Below, piece by piece: positions 50,194-59,928 of a DNA stretch of 64,000 nucleotides (positions are counted from its first letter, which is position 1; the number at the start of each line of letters is the position of its first letter). The notes under the pieces are model-generated. The model did not search any database, had not been told where the DNA came from, and worked only from the letters and a program-made list of their open reading frames with translations. A program made the position numbers and the translations under genes. Origin of the DNA: Oceanospirillaceae bacterium (GTDB lineage Bacteria; Pseudomonadota; Gammaproteobacteria; Pseudomonadales; Balneatricaceae); the NCBI GenBank assembly GCA_013215375.1, contig JABSRB010000020.1, positions 11,053 to 75,052 of the forward strand. The letters are read 5' to 3'.

Positions 50194-50874
50194 TTAACTA
50201 CTTGATAATATTTTTAAAAACACTTGAAATTGATCATTGTAGAAATAACTCGTGATTGCCATTAACCCAATTAAATATGGCGCTATAATGTCTAGATTCT
50301 CGCGATGTACAATAAAGCTTTCCAGTTGATATTTAGCTTCCAACCTAATCACTTTGAAATAATTTTCCCAGCCCACTTCTATTTCTTCTTCAAAATCTTG
50401 GTGCCTATCACACCAGTAATAGGTGATTTTTCTTACGAATAAAAAAGAGCATTTAAATTGGTAATCCAAGCTAAGTTCTTCATAGTTCATATTTTCAATA
50501 TCAAAACCTTTTGGCTCAAGTTTAGAAATAAGACCAGAAACACTTGAATCATAAGGATGAACATCTAAGAAAAACTTATCTTTTAATAAACGGTTAGTCC
50601 AGAGCTTGTAGAGTTTTTGATGGTACTGTCCCGCATAATTGTAATAGCGCAACATTAAAAACATAATTGCCAATACAAGTAATACAGAAATGCCTTCTTG
50701 ATTTTCAAACTTAAGTTTCAAAATAAAGGTATTAGCTTCTTCTACCTTCGCCCCTGAAAATGAAAGCGCTAATAATATCAACGAAGTAACCATTAACTGA
50801 TTACGTTTAGACTTAAGCCCTTCATCTTTATCTATTTGCTCGGTAATCGTTAACTTTTCAACTTGATCGGCCAT
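50194..50874 (-). CDS. Hypothetical 3-TM membrane protein
   Basis: 226 aa. Predicted TM helices: LMVTSLILLALSFSG, ISVLLVLAIMFLMLRYY, IIAPYLIGLMAITSYFY. Very AT-rich. The stop lies 11 nt upstream of the hsdR ATG. I recognise no family. Confidence 0.55.
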   Translation of the reverse strand: MADQVEKLTITEQIDKDEGLKSKRNQLMVTSLILLALSFSGAKVEEANTFILKLKFENQEGISVLLVLAIMFLMLRYYNYAGQYHQKLYKLWTNRLLKDKFFLDVHPYDSSVSGLISKLEPKGFDIENMNYEELSLDYQFKCSFLFVRKITYYWCDRHQDFEEEIEVGWENYFKVIRLEAKYQLESFIVHRENLDIIAPYLIGLMAITSYFYNDQFQVFLKILSSS

Positions 50875-50946
50875 TTACAAACTCTCATATAAAGCTGAAT
50901 ATATTTTAATTTAAACGATGGGCTAAACACTAAAGTTCAACCTAGC

Positions 50947-51246
50947 TTAGAGCTTACTCAAAGCTTCCACCTTTGCTAAATAGGAACGTTCAACCTCCCG
51001 CGCTCCCTCAGCTTGAACTGTTGCATGTTTTGCAACAGTTGCCTCGCGCTGCAATTCATCCTCGGAAAAAATAGCTTTTAGGTGCTTAGAAATGACCGAT
51101 TTATCACGGCCAAATAAATCTGCTATTTGCATGAGCGATGACCAGAGCGTTTCATCAATGAAGCGACATTCCAAACGCAAGCGCTGCTCTGAGTTTTGAT
51201 AGAGCAGTATCTGACCTTTTTCGGGATCTTGGGTATTTAAACTCAA
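50947..51246 (-). pseudogene. rhuM: N-terminal fragment of a RhuM-family gene
   Basis: The 99-aa ORF matches the RhuM N-terminal DNA-binding part (ILLYQNSE..LWSSLMQIADLFGRDKSVISKHLKAIFSEDEL..ATVAKHATV). It ends where full-length (~330 aa) RhuM proteins continue. Confidence 0.6.
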
Positions 51247-51307
51247 CGTTTAATCCTCGTAATGGCATGAGTAATATCAGTGACATATCTACGCATAATG
51301 GTTGTCA

Positions 51308-52264
51308 TTAACTACGCTCATAACTCTTTATAATAAGCTCTTTAGTCTTTTCCAAATCAGCAATAGTACGCACGTTAACTTCAAAGTTACCTGTACCCCA
51401 GTGTCCAATATTACTGACATCTCGGCTAAACGCACTCCCTTCAGCTTTGTCACCGGGTAGTTTTAAGTAGATTTGCAACTTAGGATCTTTTTTACCTGTC
51501 ATCATCACAATAGAGGCGAAATTTTTGATACGTTTGAATGCGGTGTACAATTTTAGATCTTTACGTTGCACTTCATCTCCTAACTGCTCGGTAAAACGGC
51601 ATAGATCTTCAAATATGGAGACTAGTTCAGGTGATGCGTCAGCAAAGCGCTCAGCCTGTGATTTATCTGACCGCGATTTATCCACGCTATTTTTACTGCT
51701 GGCGATGCTGTTAATATCTGCGGGAGGAATTGTGGGTTTGCTTTTAGCTTGGTACACCATGCTTTGTGCATTCACTAACTCTAATAACAATAAGTCACCA
51801 CCAAAATAACGATATCGCATTAGCTCAATATTACGGTCAATCTGCTGTATAGCGTGCTCATCAAATTTATTATAATCCGCCGCAATGCAGATCAAGCGGG
51901 CACCCATCCACTCAATAGTATCAGCAGTCTCATTACCAAGTTTCTCCATCACCAGCAATTGAAACTCTGCTTGATGGTCTAATAACCAATCTAGGTAATA
52001 CAATCCCTGAGTAATGACATTGTCACTTTTGGCGCGTTTATATTCGATGATTACCGGGCAGCCATTTTCATCTAAACCCAACGAGTCGATGCGGCCTTTA
52101 TGAGTTTTACCGGTAGCATATTCTGTCGCCAAAAACTGTACACCTAAAAACGCTAGCATGTTAGATTCGATCTGTTTTTGTAGATCGCTTTCTAACGCGG
52201 CAAAGCTGCCGGTCAATTCTGTGAAGACCTCACCGGCTTGAGAAAATAGTTTGATATCACTCAT
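51308..52264 (-). CDS. NucS/DUF91-like PD-(D/E)xK endonuclease domain + DUF5655-like C-domain protein
   Basis: GRIDSLGLDENGCPVIIEYKR is a D..ExK motif in a NucS-like context. The C-terminal LKLYTAFKRIKNFASIV pattern resembles DUF5655. ATGA overlap with the hsdS stop. Confidence 0.65.
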   Translation of the reverse strand: MSDIKLFSQAGEVFTELTGSFAALESDLQKQIESNMLAFLGVQFLATEYATGKTHKGRIDSLGLDENGCPVIIEYKRAKSDNVITQGLYYLDWLLDHQAEFQLLVMEKLGNETADTIEWMGARLICIAADYNKFDEHAIQQIDRNIELMRYRYFGGDLLLLELVNAQSMVYQAKSKPTIPPADINSIASSKNSVDKSRSDKSQAERFADASPELVSIFEDLCRFTEQLGDEVQRKDLKLYTAFKRIKNFASIVMMTGKKDPKLQIYLKLPGDKAEGSAFSRDVSNIGHWGTGNFEVNVRTIADLEKTKELIIKSYERS

Positions 52265-53619
52265 ACGGAGGCTTCCTTGTGGTTTAATGGAACTTGGGGT
52301 AGCTCGTCTTTTGGGTTAAAGAGTCTAACGTCAATTTTGCCAGTAACTGCTGCGGAGATTAGGGCGGTTCGACGTTCTTTTAACAGCTCTACCGCAACTA
52401 GACACTCACTTAATATATTGTCGAACTTATCCCCCTGCCTTTTAATCTCATTTATGATTTCTTTTTGTTCTTCTAGGCCTGGAGGGTGAGGTATAGGTAA
52501 TTCCCCAAGAATTTGCATATTCAGCCCATCCATCGTAGAGCCCTGCGCGGAAAACAAGAGTTGGGACTGACTAACATCACAAAGAATCGAAGCTTTGACA
52601 AATTGAGGTAGTATTTTATTTTCCATAACCTTATATTTAACCAGTCGTGGATTAATAATTCCGCGCTCAATGCTTTTAGGGACAACCGCAACTTTCCCTA
52701 CAGTACCCATAACACTTATTAACACATCATTTGGGTACACCTCATATCTCCGCATTTCTTTAAACTTGGCCTCAGAAATATAATAATCACCAATTGACAA
52801 GTCATCAGCGATAACTTGTTGCTGACCATACACCCGAATCCCAGAGGCTGTATACATTGATTTTGTTAACGATGAGCCGTATGGTCCAGCTGCACTTTCA
52901 GAAACTAAATATTTGAATCTAGCAACTTCCCAATGTTCCGGCACTTCACCTAACCACTCAACACCAGAGTCGCGCATCGGTACATTAGCGTTAATACCTT
53001 TAGTGACAGCATGACTAATGACAGCTTGGCGTTTTTCTTTTAGCAGCTTGATCAACTGTTGTTGTTTTTCAATCAGGGTGTCGATTTTGGTGGTTTCGTG
53101 GTCGAGGAAACTAACAATCGAATCCAATTCACCTTCAGGGGGAAGTGCATAAACTGTTTTTAAAATATCAATACTTGAAAGGTGTTTAACAGTTGTAAAA
53201 TAAGTTAAGTCATTTACCACCTTCATATTAAAAGGAGATACATAATAGAGAAATTTTTGCAGGTTATAATCTTCAGCCCTAATACAAGCAACTCGTTGAT
53301 TTAGTGCAGCCTCACCGCCAGACCATAGAGCAACGTTGAAATCACCATCCATTCCAATTAATACGTCACCATTATTAATTAACGCCATGGATGGTATCTC
53401 GCCAACAACACCAACTTCCGTCTTAGAGGTTCTTATATCTCTAATTCTTACTAGCGGTGTGCCTTTTCCTGCTTCAAATTTTTTTGAATCAAACGGATAG
53501 CCATTTATCAAACGCGCTGTTTCTTTAATTCGTTTTCGCTCCCAATGTTTTGGGATTTCCCCCAACCACTCAACCCCAGAATCCTTATACTCAGGATATC
53601 CCACATACTTCGCACTCAT
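52261..53619 (-). CDS. hsdS: Type I R-M specificity subunit
   Basis: Two target-recognition halves, each beginning DSGVEWLGE[IV]P[KE]HWE. Each is followed by a conserved helical spacer (LIEKQQQLIKLLKEKRQAVISHAVTKGI and VELLKERRTALISAAVTGKIDV). Confidence 0.92.
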   Translation of the reverse strand: MSAKYVGYPEYKDSGVEWLGEIPKHWERKRIKETARLINGYPFDSKKFEAGKGTPLVRIRDIRTSKTEVGVVGEIPSMALINNGDVLIGMDGDFNVALWSGGEAALNQRVACIRAEDYNLQKFLYYVSPFNMKVVNDLTYFTTVKHLSSIDILKTVYALPPEGELDSIVSFLDHETTKIDTLIEKQQQLIKLLKEKRQAVISHAVTKGINANVPMRDSGVEWLGEVPEHWEVARFKYLVSESAAGPYGSSLTKSMYTASGIRVYGQQQVIADDLSIGDYYISEAKFKEMRRYEVYPNDVLISVMGTVGKVAVVPKSIERGIINPRLVKYKVMENKILPQFVKASILCDVSQSQLLFSAQGSTMDGLNMQILGELPIPHPPGLEEQKEIINEIKRQGDKFDNILSECLVAVELLKERRTALISAAVTGKIDVRLFNPKDELPQVPLNHKEASV

Positions 53620-54674
53620 AAATCACCACCCAATTCCTGCTCGATATCTGCAATACTGGGCAGTACCGATTTCAAACGTTCAGGGAGTGACTGTGTCAAC
53701 TGATACTCTGAGACACCCATAGGTTTTTGCATACCACTGAGTGCATATTCAGCGACCATCTTGTCTTTGTATTTGCACAATAAAATACCAATCGTCGGCG
53801 CATCACCGCTTGCACAGAGTTGCTCATCCACCGCTTTGATATAGAAGTTTAATTTACCGGCATGCTCTGGCTCAAAATCACCAAGTTTAAGTTCAATCAC
53901 CACATAACAATGCAGCCTGGCGTGATAGAAAAGTAAATCGATGTAAAAATCACGCTCACCCACTTTTAACGGGTATTGCCTGCCCATATAGGCGAAGCCT
54001 GCGCCGAGCTCTAATAAAAATTGGGTAATGTGATCGATTAAGCTCTGCTCTAACTCACGTTCACTAAAATCTTTACTTAAGGTTAAAAAATCAAACACAT
54101 AAGGGTCTTTCAAAGTTTGTTGCGCAAGGTCTGATTGCACTTGTGGGAGAGTGTTCGAGAAGTTACTGATCGCCTTGCCTTCACGGGCATATAAACCACT
54201 GTCGATTTGGTACGCCAATACACTGCGACTCCAGCCGTGCTCTAGCGTATTGCTCACATAATAAAGCGCTTCTGGTCTGTTTTGGCATTTATTGATGATG
54301 TGTTGATTGTGCCCCCAGGGGATGGCTTGTAATTGCGCAACAGCTTGTTGCGAAATTGCGGGCTCTGCACTCCAGTATGAATACCACTGTCTGATGAGAC
54401 CTAAATTCCGCTCAGAAAAGCCTTTTATAGTAGGGAACTCGGCGCTCAAATCTTTGCTAAGTTGTTTAAGAAAACCTGTCCCCCAAGTTGATGCTTGCTG
54501 GCGTTCAACAATGTCTTGGCCCAATTCCCAGTAGAATGCCAATAACTGACTATTCACTTGTACTGCAGCTTTAAGCTGAGTGCGCTTAAAGCGCTCTTTT
54601 AGAGTGGTTAACCACTTATTGTAGCTGCTGTCAGGTTTTGCTGATTCCAGAGGTAAGCTGATGTCATCTACCAT
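53616..54674 (-). CDS. DUF1016/YhcG-family PD-(D/E)xK nuclease-domain protein
   Basis: FYIDLLFYHARLHCYVVIELKLGDF is the core motif. The N-terminal region is DUF1016-like. ATGA overlap with hsdS and TAATG overlap with hsdM. Confidence 0.75.
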   Translation of the reverse strand: MVDDISLPLESAKPDSSYNKWLTTLKERFKRTQLKAAVQVNSQLLAFYWELGQDIVERQQASTWGTGFLKQLSKDLSAEFPTIKGFSERNLGLIRQWYSYWSAEPAISQQAVAQLQAIPWGHNQHIINKCQNRPEALYYVSNTLEHGWSRSVLAYQIDSGLYAREGKAISNFSNTLPQVQSDLAQQTLKDPYVFDFLTLSKDFSERELEQSLIDHITQFLLELGAGFAYMGRQYPLKVGERDFYIDLLFYHARLHCYVVIELKLGDFEPEHAGKLNFYIKAVDEQLCASGDAPTIGILLCKYKDKMVAEYALSGMQKPMGVSEYQLTQSLPERLKSVLPSIADIEQELGGDL

Positions 54675-57028
54675 TAGCTATGCACCTCTTGCAGTAGCTG
54701 CATGATTTGCGCGCTCACCGCATCCAAATCCGCATCAATATCCACTAAATCTCTAGGCGGTTGATACTGATAAAAATGGCGATTAAACGGAATTTCATAG
54801 CCGACAATACCCACTTGCTGATCTTTCTCATCTATTTTACTGGCATCTATCCAAGCATCCGGCACATGGGGCTGTACTTCTTTTTTAAAGTAGGCTTCGT
54901 TGAGATCGTTAACGGTTTGCGCAGGGTCAAGGGCAACGTTTTCGTTATCTCGTAAATCACCATCCGCTTTGTATTCAACGGTATTGCCTAACTCGTGATC
55001 TTCTCCAGCGAACAAACCGTACAATGGATTAGCTTCGGTATTCTTGTGGAGTTTCTTAATCACCTTTTGCGCTGCTGGATTTTTCCAGCTTACCGCTGCG
55101 CTGATTTGTTTCTTCTCTTTGGTATCCAGCGTGATGTTCTGAGCTTTACAGGCAACTTTCAGCGCCGCTTCATAGCTATTCATGTCATCGCATTGTGCAA
55201 TGCCCATCCCCTGTGGAGCAACTTGCTGGAGCAGTCTCGCTTTATCAAACATCTGCTGCTGCACAGCCCAAGTTTTGCTATCGAGCAATTCTTTAATTTT
55301 CGCTTCTTTGACTTCACTGAAATGACTCTTCAGATGTTTGCGAATATCGGCTGCATGTGTTGCCAATGCACTTTGGTAAACACTATCGCCATAAGTCTCA
55401 TACAACCATTTCATCGGTGCATTTAACGGTTTAGGTGCAAAGCGTAACTCTGCAATGCGCTCATCACTAAACTGATAGCTCTCGCGTAATGGTCGCTCGA
55501 TAGTGATGCGACGATAACCGAACTCATGGGTGTCGAATATCTTACTGGCGAAGGTTTTAGGTGCTTCAACCTTGGGATTAGCCGCTTGCCTTCCACGGCT
55601 GCTTTTGGCTTCAGCGGGCCTGTTGAGCCCCAATTTATCAAGGGTAATGGCATCAACCACTTCAAACGCACCAAAGCTGCGGGTGATGATAGCGATATCC
55701 TTAGCACTCATTTCTTTGCGCTTGCTACCTAAAGATTTACGCATTTTACCGCACAGATTAACGCCGTTAATCAATTGCACTTTACCTTTGCGCTCATCGG
55801 TTTTTTTATTCGACAGCACCCACACATAGGTCGCTATACCGGTGTTGTAAAACATATCAGTGGGCAGTGCGACGATGGTTTCTAAAAGATCCGCTTCTAA
55901 AATGTAGCGGCGAATTTCTGACTCGCCAGACCCCGCGCCACCAGTAAATAGCGGTGAGCCGTTGAGGATAATACCAATACGACCGCCCCCTTCAGATGAG
56001 TCTCTAAGCTTACTGATCAAGTGCAACAGGAATAATAACGAGCCGTCAGAGACACGTGGTAATCCCGGTCCAAAGCGCCCTTCGAAACCCTTTAGCGTTT
56101 TCTCATCTTTGATGGTTTGCTCTATTTTTTTCCAATCAACACCAAAGGGCGGGTTAGATAACATGTAATCAAATTTGTCAGCATAGAGCTGATCATTAGA
56201 TAAAGTGTTACCGAGCTTAATATTGGTGACGTCTTGTCCTTTGATCAACATATCAGCTTTACAGATTGCATAACTTTCAGGATTTAGCTCTTGGCCATAA
56301 GCGCGAATAGTGGCTTGCGGGTTCAGCTCATGCACATACTCCATCCCCGAAGAGAGAAAGCCCCCAGTACCTGCGGTAGGGTCATAAATAGTGCGAATAA
56401 TACCCGCCTTGGTCAGCGCGTCATCATCTTCCATAAACACTAAAGATGTGGTTAGCCTTACTATATCCCTTGGGGTAAAGTGCTCACCTGCGGTTTCGTT
56501 TGATCCCTCGGCAAAGCGACGTATCAACTCCTCAAAAGTTAAGCCCATGTCATGGTTGGAGATCGCTTTGGGACTTAAATCTGTTGTACGTACCTTTTGC
56601 ACCACTTTATAGAGCAAATCAGCATCGTTCAGCTGGCCAATAAACTCCGAGAAATTAAAATATTCAAATATTTGACGCGCATCTTTAGAAAAACCTTGGA
56701 TATAACTTTCAAGGTTCGACTTAATATCCGCCGCACCCAACTTAGACAGATCCATTTTCGAGGTATTAAAAAACCTTAAACCGCCAGTGGCACGTAACAG
56801 CATTTTTTCTTGCGCTTCTTCAGGAAGATTGAGCTTCTGCACCTTTTCATTCTCAGCAAGAACCTGAACTTTGGTCTCTTCTAACACCCCTTCTAATCGA
56901 CGTAATAAGGTAAAGGGCAGAATAATGCGTCCGTATTGAGATTGCTTAAAATCACCACGTAAAAGATCGGCAATAGACCAGCAAAAAGCGGCAAGATTAT
57001 TGGGCGTTGGCTGGTGGTCAAAAGTCAT
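54674..57028 (-). CDS. hsdM: Type I R-M N6-adenine DNA methyltransferase subunit (long form)
   Basis: HsdM N-domain, AdoMet motif I ([10 protein letters not shown]) and motif IV (NPPFG). About 300 extra C-terminal residues compared with ~500-aa HsdM proteins. Confidence 0.92.
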   Translation of the reverse strand: MTFDHQPTPNNLAAFCWSIADLLRGDFKQSQYGRIILPFTLLRRLEGVLEETKVQVLAENEKVQKLNLPEEAQEKMLLRATGGLRFFNTSKMDLSKLGAADIKSNLESYIQGFSKDARQIFEYFNFSEFIGQLNDADLLYKVVQKVRTTDLSPKAISNHDMGLTFEELIRRFAEGSNETAGEHFTPRDIVRLTTSLVFMEDDDALTKAGIIRTIYDPTAGTGGFLSSGMEYVHELNPQATIRAYGQELNPESYAICKADMLIKGQDVTNIKLGNTLSNDQLYADKFDYMLSNPPFGVDWKKIEQTIKDEKTLKGFEGRFGPGLPRVSDGSLLFLLHLISKLRDSSEGGGRIGIILNGSPLFTGGAGSGESEIRRYILEADLLETIVALPTDMFYNTGIATYVWVLSNKKTDERKGKVQLINGVNLCGKMRKSLGSKRKEMSAKDIAIITRSFGAFEVVDAITLDKLGLNRPAEAKSSRGRQAANPKVEAPKTFASKIFDTHEFGYRRITIERPLRESYQFSDERIAELRFAPKPLNAPMKWLYETYGDSVYQSALATHAADIRKHLKSHFSEVKEAKIKELLDSKTWAVQQQMFDKARLLQQVAPQGMGIAQCDDMNSYEAALKVACKAQNITLDTKEKKQISAAVSWKNPAAQKVIKKLHKNTEANPLYGLFAGEDHELGNTVEYKADGDLRDNENVALDPAQTVNDLNEAYFKKEVQPHVPDAWIDASKIDEKDQQVGIVGYEIPFNRHFYQYQPPRDLVDIDADLDAVSAQIMQLLQEVHS

Positions 57029-57476
57029 ATAAAAATCTCAACAAAGGTAATAAAGCACAGTAAAATCAAAGATGAATAATATAGCGTTACAGCTAAGAGT
57101 GCCATGTTAGTTTGGTAAGCGGCGGGCGCTTTGTAGGATAAAGACTAAGTTACATGCTACCCCTCTATCCTATGGTGTGTTATGTACTGATATGAAGACA
57201 ATAATCACTCAAATGGAGATACTATCTGCTTAAGTAGCAAATCTTAATCTTGCCCTTTAGTGTACTGAAAGTTTGATGTTAGTTTGTAGCATTAACACCC
57301 TTTAACACTCCCCAAAAAACTCACCACATTAAAATATAACTTATTGATATAATTGATTGGAAATACATAGTGTAAAATTAATTATTTTATTGCCAACGGC
57401 CTAGCCGACAAAATCATGACATTTGATTATCTTTGTCGCCACCCAATACAGGGCAATCGAAAATAAGGAATATGTC

Positions 57477-57608
57477 ATGACTACATTAAAAATGATCAAT
57501 GGAAACCGTCCAGAATCTAGCCATAGTGGTTCAGGTGGAAACTGGCCGAGCACAACAGGCAATCCGTCTGGTGGTGACCGAGGAAATGGACCTTCCAAGG
57601 GTAAATAA
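57477..57608 (+). CDS. Candidate 43-aa Gly/Ser/Asn/Pro-rich small protein
   Basis: ATG preceded by AAGGA with a 7-nt spacer. Peptide: MTTLKMINGNRPESSHSGSGGNWPSTTGNPSGGDRGNGPSKGK. It has no hydrophobic segment and no Cys. Coding status is unproven. Confidence 0.4.
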   Translation: MTTLKMINGNRPESSHSGSGGNWPSTTGNPSGGDRGNGPSKGK

Positions 57609-57625
57609 TTCTTAAATCAACAAAA

Positions 57626-57652
57626 CACCCGGCCTTGTATTTAGGCTGGGTG
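57626..57652 (+). other. Intercistronic stem-loop
   Basis: CACCCGGCC-9 nt-GGCTGGGTG (9 bp, one G-U pair) between the small ORF and the 747-aa ORF. No U-run follows. Confidence 0.5.
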
Positions 57653-57684
57653 CTCATTAGAGAAAAAGACAACAAGGACTTTAG

Positions 57685-59928
57685 ATGATGAAACAGGCCT
57701 GCTTCCCATTCCCAACACTCTTTGAGGTAATCAGATACGTCACTCGTATTCTGGATCTAAAAGAGTCTAATAAAAATTTAGACCAAAGAGCATTTGAGCG
57801 TGTGTTTGATCCGGAAGAATTAAATAAGGCCGTTACTACACTCTCTTTGTTAGCCTCTAAGTCAATCGGTGCTGATTTCAGCAACATAATTATAAAACAT
57901 CTTTCAAGCTCGCTCGATAAGTATGCAAAGCTTATCGCTATTACTGCTGCAGATGGGGTTAGTCGATCAAGTTTAATGCCCCATTTACTTACTACCTTTA
58001 TCAAAGATCAAATCGTACTTATTGTGAGGGATATCCATAGACTCTACGGCGGCCCAGACCCAACAATGTTGTTCAGTTTCAACTCCAGAGCGGTAGCAAC
58101 TATTTTAAATTGGATAGAAAATAATGAAAAAGGCTGGCCCTTATACTTAAGCGCATTAAGCAAGGAACAGAAAGATCGCCTATCCGCCTGGAGCCGAGGG
58201 GACGATATTCCCTCAGCGCAATCGATCTATCTTTTGCAAAGTAGCTATCAAGGCCCTAGGCCTGAAGCGATAAACTGGCAACGAGTAAGAGCACTCCTTT
58301 TTCTTGCGCGAGCAATTGATTTCTCAACAAGGAGCAATCAACTTGAGGAGGTAGTCGATGACATTAGGGCTGCTTTATGGGGTGCAGAAACGTCAGCAAA
58401 CCTGAAAGACGAAATCGCGAAACTCCAGCTTAGCTTGCAAGACAACATGCAGGATTTGATCCCCTCTATTGCTCTTTTACAGCATGAATTAATGCGTACA
58501 AACGTTAAAAAAGACCCAATGATGCTTATGCAGCATATTAAATCGGTTAAGAACGGCTTACTAAACCAAGATAAAAATACCACAATGAAGTATTGGCTAG
58601 ATTGGCATGAAGCAAGATGGCACGTTTTTTCAGGAAACTTAAAGCAGGCCAACCAGCTTTATAAAAAAGCCTTCGAAGACTCCTTATTTAGGGCAGGTAT
58701 TAACCAAAGGGAGATAATTAATGAATCTCTAGCAGTGGCAGCACGCTTAGATAAACCTGACAAGGTCTTCTTAAAGCATTTGAAATGGATGCTCATCAAC
58801 CTACAGTACGATATCCCCTCTGTTACCAGAGCTAAGTCATCAAATGTTTTTAATGACAGTGTAGAAAACTGGGAAATAGACCTTTGGAAATCTAGCTTTA
58901 TTCACACTTTCCCGAAAGCAGGCTGGTTCAAAAACACTAGATACAACTTGGCTGCCGACAGGATAGGCCCTCTAATTGACACTTCTATAGAGCAGATAAA
59001 ACCAGATTACAGACATCCTAATCGCAAGATAAAGATTGGCGATACATGGGAGAAATCCATGCCCCAACTTATATGGTTCTTGATGGTTGAAAATTTTGAG
59101 GTGGTTGAAAAACTCATAAAAAAAGGCGCTAATGTCAACGTGACATCATATGCAGGTGACACACCGATACTCATTGCTCTTGAATCTATGAATGTTATAA
59201 GTGTGCCGTTTAAGTCTTTAGATGATCGTTTTTTTCGACTAATAAGTAGCCACGAACATTCACCAGAAATCATTAATAGTCGTACACAAAAAACGCGACT
59301 ATTGCCGATCATTTCAGCGATTGAAACAGGACAATTGAATATTGTTGAAAAAGTATTAAGCCTAGGCGCTAACCCTAATTCCCGAGGCAAGACAGATGAG
59401 CAAACGGCCTTAAGTGTATGTCTTAAGTACATTGCTCAGATCAAAGATCCCACGAGAGCTAAAAAAAACCAAGAATCCATAGCAATCACCCCAGAAGCTC
59501 TAGATTCTATTCGACGATACGGCGCTGGGTTAACTGGTCACACTCTAGAACAGCAAATGAATACTTTGGCCCGTACTAACAATAACCAAGCATTCAAACA
59601 TATAAGATCTACATTAATAGACATCATTGTTGAAAGAGCTAAAAGTAAAATGCATCTCACCACAATGCGAGCCATAGCAAAATTACTTATCGAGGCAGGA
59701 GCTAACGTCAATGCTGAAAACGTTAGCCCGGTAAAAGGGTACACACCATTAATGCATGCAGCCGAAATTGATGAAATAGATCTTTTTAAACTCATGCTTA
59801 AAAAAGGCGGCGATCCTGTAAAATCCTACATTGACATAAAAACTCAAAGAGATGTTAACTGCAGGGACATTTCAACATACTTCGAATCAACACAAGTGAT
59901 GCATGAGCTTCAGACAATACAGCGCTAA
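57685..59928 (+). CDS. Uncharacterised 747-aa protein: unknown helical N-region with XRE-HTH-like and TPR-like segments, C-terminal ankyrin repeats
   Basis: AAGGA SD. ANK repeats are visible at VVEKLIKKGANVNV..GDTPILIA, IVEKVLSLGANPNSRG..TALSV and IAKLLIEAGANVNAEN..GYTPLMHAAE..LFKLMLKKGGDP. The segment RLSAWSRGDDIPSAQSIYLL resembles the XRE-HTH helix 3 region. AT-rich. Confidence 0.7.
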   Translation: MMKQACFPFPTLFEVIRYVTRILDLKESNKNLDQRAFERVFDPEELNKAVTTLSLLASKSIGADFSNIIIKHLSSSLDKYAKLIAITAADGVSRSSLMPHLLTTFIKDQIVLIVRDIHRLYGGPDPTMLFSFNSRAVATILNWIENNEKGWPLYLSALSKEQKDRLSAWSRGDDIPSAQSIYLLQSSYQGPRPEAINWQRVRALLFLARAIDFSTRSNQLEEVVDDIRAALWGAETSANLKDEIAKLQLSLQDNMQDLIPSIALLQHELMRTNVKKDPMMLMQHIKSVKNGLLNQDKNTTMKYWLDWHEARWHVFSGNLKQANQLYKKAFEDSLFRAGINQREIINESLAVAARLDKPDKVFLKHLKWMLINLQYDIPSVTRAKSSNVFNDSVENWEIDLWKSSFIHTFPKAGWFKNTRYNLAADRIGPLIDTSIEQIKPDYRHPNRKIKIGDTWEKSMPQLIWFLMVENFEVVEKLIKKGANVNVTSYAGDTPILIALESMNVISVPFKSLDDRFFRLISSHEHSPEIINSRTQKTRLLPIISAIETGQLNIVEKVLSLGANPNSRGKTDEQTALSVCLKYIAQIKDPTRAKKNQESIAITPEALDSIRRYGAGLTGHTLEQQMNTLARTNNNQAFKHIRSTLIDIIVERAKSKMHLTTMRAIAKLLIEAGANVNAENVSPVKGYTPLMHAAEIDEIDLFKLMLKKGGDPVKSYIDIKTQRDVNCRDISTYFESTQVMHELQTIQR

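Noticed and set aside
57401-57598. 65-aa minus-strand ORF antisense to the Gly-rich small ORF.
   Set aside because: It has a TTG start and no SD, and its Pro/Leu-rich translation mirrors the Gly/Ser-rich sense frame. The plus-strand ORF has the better translation signals, although neither ORF is proven.
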